Made by a program: the position numbers and the translations under genes. The notes beneath the pieces are model-generated. The model was given only the letters and a program-made list of their open reading frames with translations, was not told where the DNA came from and searched no databases. 64,000 nucleotides of DNA from a bacterium (GTDB lineage: Bacteria > Hydrothermota > 32-111): the NCBI GenBank assembly GCA_050239825.1, contig JBFXGO010000001.1, positions 73,478-137,477 on the forward strand, in the 5' to 3' direction. Below, one piece after another: positions 56,977 to 64,000 of the stretch. How positions within the stretch are numbered: the first letter of the stretch is position 1; each line of letters begins with the position of its first letter.

Positions 56977-59292
56977 CATTGTACAGAGAAGCGCTGTGGA
57001 CAGGCTTCTCATTCGGAACTGTAAAGGCAAAATCTTTCTCAACCGTGTCACCCTGAACGCCTCTATGGTTATGACTATCGTGAAGGGTCTATCAGTTTAT
57101 TGTTAATTGAAGTTTGTTTATAGGCTACTGACGGGTGTAGCGTCGGCTCACACACTCCGCTTCGCCGCTTAATCAAGATGGGTTAGCGTAGCAAGGAGAC
57201 AACCATTTGATGGGCGTCTTCGCGGAGCGTCCTCGCCGACTTTAAGCTTTCGTATATCAATAAGTTAATTAATTGTTTGTTGCAGTGGGGACACACCGAA
57301 GGAATGTCCCCACATTGGCGAGGGCGTAATGGACGCGAGCGCACATGATAGACGCCTTGGGCTGCACCAGAACTTTGTGAAGATTACTGTAAATACAAAA
57401 TCTTACTCAGCAGTGTCACCCTGAACGCCTCTATGGTTATGACTATCGTGAAGGGTCTATCATTTGATTGATTATTGATAATTGAAGATTGAGCTGGGGC
57501 TGCACGCGGGCGTAGCGTCGGCTCACACACTCCGCTTCGCCGCTTTATCAAGATGGGATAGCGGAGCAAGGAGACAACCACTTGATGGGCGTCTGCGCGG
57601 AGCGTCCTCGCCGACTTGCAGCTTTCGTGTATCAATAAGTTAATTAATTGTTTGTTGCAGTGGGGACACACCGAAGGAATGTCCCCACATTGGCGAGGGC
57701 GTAATGGACGCGAGCGTCCATGATAGAAAGAATGGGTTGTACCAGAAGTTTTAGAAGATTACTGAAAATACAAAATCTTATTCAACAGTGTCACCCTGAA
57801 CTACGCTTTAGTTATGACTATCGTGAAGGGTCTATCATTTGATTGATTATTGATAATTGAAGATTGAACTGGGGCTGCACGCGGGCATAGCGTCGGCTCG
57901 CACACTCCGCTTCGCCGCTTAATCAAGATGGGATAGCGGAGCAAGGGGTCGCCCACTTGATGGGCGTCTTCGCGGAGCGTCCTCGCCGACTTGTAGCTTT
58001 CGTGTATCAATAAGTTAATTAATTGTTTGTTGCAGTGGGGACACACCGAAGGAATGTCCCCACATTGGCGAGGGTGTAATGTGCGCGAGCGCACATGATA
58101 GACGCCTTGGGCTGCACCAGAACTTTGTGAAGATTACTGTAAATACAAAATCTTACTCAGCGGTGTCACCCTGAACGCCTCTATGGTTATGACTATCGTG
58201 AAGGGTCTATCAGTTGATTGATTATTGATAATTGAAGATTGAGCTGGGGCTGCTGGCGGGCTTAGCGTCGGCTCACACACTCCGCTTCGCCGCTTTATCA
58301 AGATGGGTTAGCGGAGCAAGGGGTCGCCCACTTGATGGGCGTCTTCGCGGAGCGTCCTCGCCGACTTTAAGCTTTCGTGTATCAATAAGTTAATTAATTG
58401 ATTGTCCTCATGAGAAGCATTGTACAGAGAAGCGCTGTGGACAGGCTTCTCATTCGGAACTGTAAAGACAAAATCTTACTCAACTGTGTCACCCGGAATT
58501 ATTCAGTAGTTATGACTCAACAATGTCACCCTGAACGCCTCTATGGTTATGACTATCGTGAAGGGTCTATCAGTTGATTGATTATTGATAATTGAAGATT
58601 GAGCTGGGGCTGCACGCGGGCATAGCGTCGGCTCACACACTCCGCTTCGCCGCTTTATCAAGATGGGTTAGCGGAGCAAGGGGTCGCCCACTTGATGGGC
58701 GTCTTCGCGGAGCGTCCTCGCCGACTTTAAGCTTTCGTATATCAATAAGTTATTTAATTGATTGAATCTTCACAAAGCATTGGCTTGGGAGAAATGTGCG
58801 CTAACGCACATGATAGAGGTATCGGGTTGCACCAGAACTTTGTGAAGATTACTGTAAAGACAAAATCTTACTCAGCAGTGTCACCCTGAACGCCTCTATG
58901 GTTATGACTATCGTGAAGGGTCTATCATTTGATTGATTATTGATAATTGAAGATTGAGCTGGGGCTGCACGCGGGCGTAGCGTCGGCTCACACACTCCGC
59001 TTCGCCGCTTTATCAAGATGGGATAGCGGAGCAAGGAGACAACCACTTGATGGGCGTCTGCGCGGAGCGTCCTCGCCGACTTGCAGCTTTCGTGTATCAA
59101 TAAGTTAATTAATTGTTTGTTGCAGTGGGGACACACCGAAGGAATGTCCCCACATTGGCGAGGGCGTAATGGACGCGAGCGTCCATGATAGAAAGAATGG
59201 GTTGTACCAGAAGTTTTAGAAGATTACTGAAAAGAATAAATCTTGCTCAGCTCCCCGTATTTTGCTCACGGCTCATGACTGACTTGGTTGGC
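56977..59292 (+). repeat. Modular palindromic repeat array 3 (6 cores)
   Basis: Cores start at 57142, 57517, 57892, 58267, 58627 and 58982 (periods 375, 375, 375, 360, 355). Confidence 0.96.
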
Positions 59293-59375
59293 AACAGCGT
59301 AACCGCTCATCATCCCTTGACTATTATTTTTTTATACATACAATATATGTGTTATTTTAATTATAGGAGGATTTT

Positions 59376-60443
59376 ATGCATAAAAAATTGTTCATTCCCG
59401 GGCCCACAGAGGTCGTCAAAGAGGTCCGCGATGCGATGGCCTGTGAGATGATCGGGCACAGGATGAAGGAGTTTACTGAGCTCTACAATGCTGTTGAGCC
59501 GAAACTCCAGCAGGCTCTCTACACAAAGAACAGAGTTCTCATGGTCACTGCTTCTGCAACAGGATGTATGGAGGCGGTTGTGAGAAACTTCTCAAAGAAG
59601 AAGATTTTGTCGGGAATGTGCGGTGCCTTTTCTGACAGATGGTATGACATTGCAGTAGGCAACGGCAAACCGGCAGGACAGTTGAAAGTCGAATGGGGAA
59701 AAGCAATAAAACCTGAAATGGTTGATGATGCTTTAAAGACAGGAGAGTACGATGTCTTTACTCTTGTACACAATGAGACATCAACCGGAGTCAAGAACCC
59801 CATAGAGGAGATTTCAGAAGTTATGAAGAAGTATCCTGATGTGATTTTTGCTGTTGACGCTGTCTCTTCTCTCACAGGGTACAAGATTGATGTTGATGCT
59901 TTGGGTATAGACATCATTCTCGCAGGCGTTCAGAAGTGCTTCGCCCTTCCCCCCGGACTTGCAGTTATGTCTGTCTCTCCGAAATCTATTGAGAGGGCAA
60001 AGACTGTTGCAAACAGGGGCTACTACTTTGATGTAATAGATATGCTCAAGTATGATGAAAAGGGCCAGACTCCCTCCACACCGTCGGTTTCCCACATTAA
60101 TGCTCTTAATGTGCAGATGGACAGGATGTTGAAAGAGGGCTTGGATAACAGGTTCGCGCGCCACAAGAAGATGGCAGACATGGTATTTGACTGGGCGAAG
60201 AGCAAGGGCATAGAACTCTTCCCTGAAAAAGGCTATGAGTCATGGACTGTGGTTACTATGAAGAACAACAGGAATTTCAATATTTCCGAACTCAACAAGG
60301 AGCTTGGAAAGAGGGGAAAGACTTTGTCAAACGGGTACGGCAAATTAAAAGAGGTGACATTCAGAATAGCCGCGATGGGAGACCTCATGCCCGCAGACAT
60401 ACACGAACTCCTTAATGATGTCAATGACATCCTTAAAATATAG
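59376..60443 (+). CDS. Class V PLP aminotransferase (serine-pyruvate / phosphoserine aminotransferase-like)
   Basis: LFIPGPTEV, IGHR, VHNETSTGV, VDAVSSL, QKCFALPPGL and FRIAAMG motifs; adjacent to serA. Confidence 0.92.
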   Translation: MHKKLFIPGPTEVVKEVRDAMACEMIGHRMKEFTELYNAVEPKLQQALYTKNRVLMVTASATGCMEAVVRNFSKKKILSGMCGAFSDRWYDIAVGNGKPAGQLKVEWGKAIKPEMVDDALKTGEYDVFTLVHNETSTGVKNPIEEISEVMKKYPDVIFAVDAVSSLTGYKIDVDALGIDIILAGVQKCFALPPGLAVMSVSPKSIERAKTVANRGYYFDVIDMLKYDEKGQTPSTPSVSHINALNVQMDRMLKEGLDNRFARHKKMADMVFDWAKSKGIELFPEKGYESWTVVTMKNNRNFNISELNKELGKRGKTLSNGYGKLKEVTFRIAAMGDLMPADIHELLNDVNDILKI

Positions 60444-60451
60444 GAGGAGAA

Positions 60452-61354
60452 ATGAAAGTCCTTGTGAGTGACAAAGTCGCCGATAGTGCAGTCGAACAAA
60501 TGCGCCAACAGGGGCATGATGTAACTGTCAAGACGGGATTAGCTCCTGAAGAACTTGAAAAAATCATCGGCGAATTCGAATGCATTATTGTGAGAAGCGC
60601 CACAAAAGTGAAGAAGAACATAATTGATGCAGGCAAGAATCTTAAGCTCGTCATCAGAGGCGGTGTCGGAGTCGACAACATTGATGTCGATTATGCAAAA
60701 TCAAAAAACATTGAAGTGAAGAACACTCCGGCGGCATCAAGCGAATCAGTGGCAGAGCTTGCTATATCACATATGCTTTCCCTCGCGAGAGCGCTACCGA
60801 TAGCGGACAAATCAATGAAAGAAGGAAAGTGGGAAAAGAAAAAATTTGAAGGAACGGAACTTTATAAAAAAACTCTCGGAGTCATAGGACTCGGAAGAAT
60901 CGGACGCGAAGCCGCCAGAATAGGATTTTACGGCTTCTCAATGAATGTTCTCGGCTATGACCCATTTGTGAAAGAGGTATCTGAACCTCCGGTAAAGATA
61001 GCCACTCTTGAACGGATACTTAAAGAGTCGGATTATATCACTCTTCATCTTCCCTTGACAGAGGATTCCAAACACATGATTTCGACAGAGCAGTTCAAGA
61101 TGATGAAGAAGAGCGCATTCCTTGTCTCCTGCGCAAGGGGAGGCATAGTGGATGAAGCGGCTCTTTTGGAAGCTCTGAAGAACAATGTGATAAAGGGCGC
61201 GGCCCTTGATGTTTTTGAAACTGAACCACCGGCAAGAAGTGGGCTTTTTGACCTTGAAAATTTCTTATCAACCCCTCATGTGGGAGCTCAGACTCTTGAA
61301 GCTCAAGAGAGAGTGGCAGACGAGATAGTCAAGATAATGGCCAGCTACAAGTAA
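60452..61354 (+). CDS. serA: D-3-phosphoglycerate dehydrogenase (short form, no ACT domain)
   Basis: IVRSATKV, RGGVGVDNID, GVIGLGRIG, ARGGIVDE, LDVFETEP and TPHVGAQTLEAQ motifs. Confidence 0.85.
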   Translation: MKVLVSDKVADSAVEQMRQQGHDVTVKTGLAPEELEKIIGEFECIIVRSATKVKKNIIDAGKNLKLVIRGGVGVDNIDVDYAKSKNIEVKNTPAASSESVAELAISHMLSLARALPIADKSMKEGKWEKKKFEGTELYKKTLGVIGLGRIGREAARIGFYGFSMNVLGYDPFVKEVSEPPVKIATLERILKESDYITLHLPLTEDSKHMISTEQFKMMKKSAFLVSCARGGIVDEAALLEALKNNVIKGAALDVFETEPPARSGLFDLENFLSTPHVGAQTLEAQERVADEIVKIMASYK

Positions 61355-61360
61355 TCTTCT

Positions 61361-64000
61361 ATGAAGAAGGAAATCTTCGGATTTCTTGCAGGTAAATATC
61401 TGAAGCAGAGAATCATTGATTCTCTGCTTCTTTTTTTATCGCACTCTCTTGTGATTTGTGGGTTATCAGCATTCTTATATAATCTTCTCTTCATGAACCG
61501 CACACTTTTTGTGGTTTTTCTTGCGGTTGCATTTGTTTTTGATTTTTACAAGGTTTTTCTCTTGTTTTTCAGGGAGTATGAGAGCATAAAGGACATAAAC
61601 AGAATCAATCCGAAGATGAGGAATTTGATCCTTGCCGCCTATGAAGAAAAACTGCGCGGCAAAGAGTTTGACCTTCAGAGGGAGCTTGATAAATCGAATG
61701 TAAATGATTTTAACTGCATCTGCCTTGAAAAGAGAGTGAAGATAATGAGAATTCTGGCTTTGACGATAATTCAATTTTTACTGCTTATTTTGCTCTTTCC
61801 ACTACATTTTTCAAATGCCGCCGGGTTGACCGAGAAAAGAGCGGTAGTGAGCATAGAAGAGAATAAAATTATTGTTAAAGGATATAATCTTGGCTCCATA
61901 ACAGGAGATTTCTTTATTGAGGATTTGTATGGCGCGCAAAAGTTTGACGAATCAAAAAAATACCCTTCAGTTTCGCTTCTCTTCTTCAAAGGTCCGAGGG
62001 TAATCAGCAACAAAATAAAGTTCGGGCTTTTAAGCAGAATGACTGTCGATTCTTTGATTACTCTTGTTCAGCCTCATCCATATCAAAAGAGAGATGGTTA
62101 TACTGAAAATTCCACAATTGTTTATATTCCCGAATATGCAGATGTAAAATCAACTGCTTATGCTTTCGAAAACACAAGGACTTTCTTCACACAAGAAAGA
62201 TTTGAGAATGACACAATTTTGAAAATACAGGGAACATCCGATTCACTCACCCTTTTGCTGATAAATGACGCCGCTCCGGCTGTAAAAATACTTGTTGACA
62301 GTGAGAGCATCAGGAACAGAGATATAGTTCTTCTTCCCTGTGCTTACGCAGATGATTATGAAGTAAAGAGAGTCGGAGTTATAATTAAGACAGAGGCGGA
62401 TTCAATAACCTTCTTTGTTGACAGCCCGAATGAATCCATCTCCTTCTTTGAAATCAATCTGTCCAATATAGCCGGTAACGAGGGCTGGATAAAGGCATTC
62501 GCCAGCGATAACAATCCATTCAGAAATCAGACATCCTATTCACAGGAACTGCGTTTCAGTAAAAAGCTTGATGTCATTGAACTGCTTGAAGAGATTGAAG
62601 CCAATGAAGTATTCTCCGGATTTTCCGAGATGACCGAAAGGATGACTGATGAGCTGAGCGAGAGGAGAATGGAGATTGAAAAAAAGAGCATAGAGGAGAC
62701 GATCGATAAATACAGTGAGAATCTGAAGGATGTGAGCGAAGCCCTAAAAGAACTTGAACAATCATTGCAGGATGCATCACGAAAGAGTCTGCCCGAAGAA
62801 ATCATGAAACAGATGTATGAAATAAAAAAAGAGATTGACAAAATAGATGAAGAGGTTCTCTCGAAAATAATAGAGAAGGTTGATAAAATAGAGAAGTCCG
62901 AAATGAATCGTGAAGCGGCAATGGAGATGATGAAGAGAGATTCAAAGATGATTGAAGAGTCATTGAAGCAGCTGCAGAAAATGCTTGAAACTCTGAACAA
63001 ACTCAGTGAATTGAAGAATTTTCAAGAGAGAATTGAAAACATGGAAAAGATGATGGAAAACGAAAACAATAAACAGAAAGATGTGACGGATGAACTGGGG
63101 AAAGAAAAGGAGAGGGCTGAAGAATCCGAAAATCTAAAAGAGTGGACAGAAGATTTGGATGAAGCAGAGAGTTTATCCAAGGCGGCAGAAGAGGATTCAA
63201 AAAAGAAAAGCAGTGTGAAGGAAAAACTTGAGAAGATAAAAAAAGAGGCGCAGGAGAAGATGAATTCCCTATCGGGAAATCAAAAGTATGACAAGGATCA
63301 GGTCATTCTCACACTTCTTGCTCTTAACGAGATGATCACAGAGAAAAAATCGGCTCTCGGCGTATATGCATCAGTTTTAAATTTTGCGCATGCGGAAAAT
63401 GACCCTAAAAATCCTCTTTTTCTCCTTATACAGCGAGGCAGAATGATTGTTGAGGAAGCCAACTCCTCTGTTGACGACATAATAAATTATAATTTCTTTA
63501 TAATATCGCACCTTTTGAAGAAAATGCCCCCATCCGGAGGAGGAATGTCCATGGAGCAGATGATGGATGCGCTCTCCTCTCTCAGTGAAGAGCAAAAGTC
63601 ATTGTCTGAAACATTGTGGAATATGTTCGATTCACAGAATATGGGTTCAGAGATGATGAACGAGATTTCAAGGTATCAGAAAGAGATAGCCCGGAAGCTG
63701 AAGGAGCTTGGAGAAAAGAGCGGAGACGGAGGAGGGATGTCACAGCTCGGAGACTCCCTTGCAGATGTCGCCGAAAAGATAGAAAAAAATGAAATCAATG
63801 AAGATATTCTGAAAAAGCAGGACAGAATTTTAAACAAGATGCTTAAGATGACAAAAGCTCTATACAAAGAGGGAATAACAGAGAAGAGGGAGTCAAAAAC
63901 CGGAAAGGAGTATGCAGAACCTGTGAGGCTTGCAGTGCCTGAGGACTATGGGTTTAAAAAGTCATCTTTTGAAAAAATGCTCAAAAAGTTTTTAACTGAA
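61361..64000 (+). CDS. Large membrane-anchored coiled-coil protein, DUF4175-like, 3'-partial (not in ORF track)
   Basis: ATG at 61361 with no stop seen to the window end. N-terminal TMs, DDYEVK and DNNPF, a long E/K-rich coil, and QDRILNKML..KRESKTGK near the end. Confidence 0.7.
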   Translation, partial: MKKEIFGFLAGKYLKQRIIDSLLLFLSHSLVICGLSAFLYNLLFMNRTLFVVFLAVAFVFDFYKVFLLFFREYESIKDINRINPKMRNLILAAYEEKLRGKEFDLQRELDKSNVNDFNCICLEKRVKIMRILALTIIQFLLLILLFPLHFSNAAGLTEKRAVVSIEENKIIVKGYNLGSITGDFFIEDLYGAQKFDESKKYPSVSLLFFKGPRVISNKIKFGLLSRMTVDSLITLVQPHPYQKRDGYTENSTIVYIPEYADVKSTAYAFENTRTFFTQERFENDTILKIQGTSDSLTLLLINDAAPAVKILVDSESIRNRDIVLLPCAYADDYEVKRVGVIIKTEADSITFFVDSPNESISFFEINLSNIAGNEGWIKAFASDNNPFRNQTSYSQELRFSKKLDVIELLEEIEANEVFSGFSEMTERMTDELSERRMEIEKKSIEETIDKYSENLKDVSEALKELEQSLQDASRKSLPEEIMKQMYEIKKEIDKIDEEVLSKIIEKVDKIEKSEMNREAAMEMMKRDSKMIEESLKQLQKMLETLNKLSELKNFQERIENMEKMMENENNKQKDVTDELGKEKERAEESENLKEWTEDLDEAESLSKAAEEDSKKKSSVKEKLEKIKKEAQEKMNSLSGNQKYDKDQVILTLLALNEMITEKKSALGVYASVLNFAHAENDPKNPLFLLIQRGRMIVEEANSSVDDIINYNFFIISHLLKKMPPSGGGMSMEQMMDALSSLSEEQKSLSETLWNMFDSQNMGSEMMNEISRYQKEIARKLKELGEKSGDGGGMSQLGDSLADVAEKIEKNEINEDILKKQDRILNKMLKMTKALYKEGITEKRESKTGKEYAEPVRLAVPEDYGFKKSSFEKMLKKFLTE

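Noticed and set aside
57384-59136. Minus-strand ORFs 57384-57671, 57801-58094, 58849-59136 and 25561-25860 (..LLRYPILIKRRSGVCE..)
   Set aside because: They are translations of the repeat core. Starts and stops differ between copies, there is no RBS, and variation follows base pairing rather than codon position.
56977-59292. CRISPR array interpretation of the repeats
   Set aside because: The repeats are about 99-140 nt, the intervening sequences are 200+ nt and reused rather than unique, and no cas genes are in the window.

Overview
A 64-kb, mostly + strand, AT-rich stretch of chromosome from a diderm bacterium. T9SS-type C-terminal domains, PorV- and SprE/PorW-like genes and a DUF4175-like gene suggest an FCB-related candidate lineage such as WOR-3/TA06 (inference). 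Housekeeping blocks: pyrK-pyrD-pyrF-pyrE, yebC-ruvCAB-queA-tgt, mnmA, gcvT-gcvH-gcvPA, cobO-meaB-B12-binding subunit-acyl-CoA dehydrogenase, an acyl-CoA ligase, HU, and a class V aminotransferase with serA. There are three tRNAs. The most unusual element is a non-coding modular repeat family in three co-oriented intergenic arrays (about 1339-2500, 24851-25893 and 56977-59292). Together they hold 12 full copies of an indel-free 99-nt palindromic core, alternating with a small set of reused hairpin modules that show compensatory base-pair changes and recombinant mosaics. No transposase, integrase or cas gene is present in the window. Other notable items: a tRNA-Leu with a rare A34 (AAG) anticodon; two tandem sAC-like cyclase-STAND-helical-repeat proteins; a TonB receptor / T9SS cargo / PorV cassette rich in D-S/T glycosylation sequons next to a TMTC-like glycosyltransferase cluster; two small basic ORFs missing from the ORF track; a DUF2207 gene collapsed by an internal deletion; and a decayed EamA gene.
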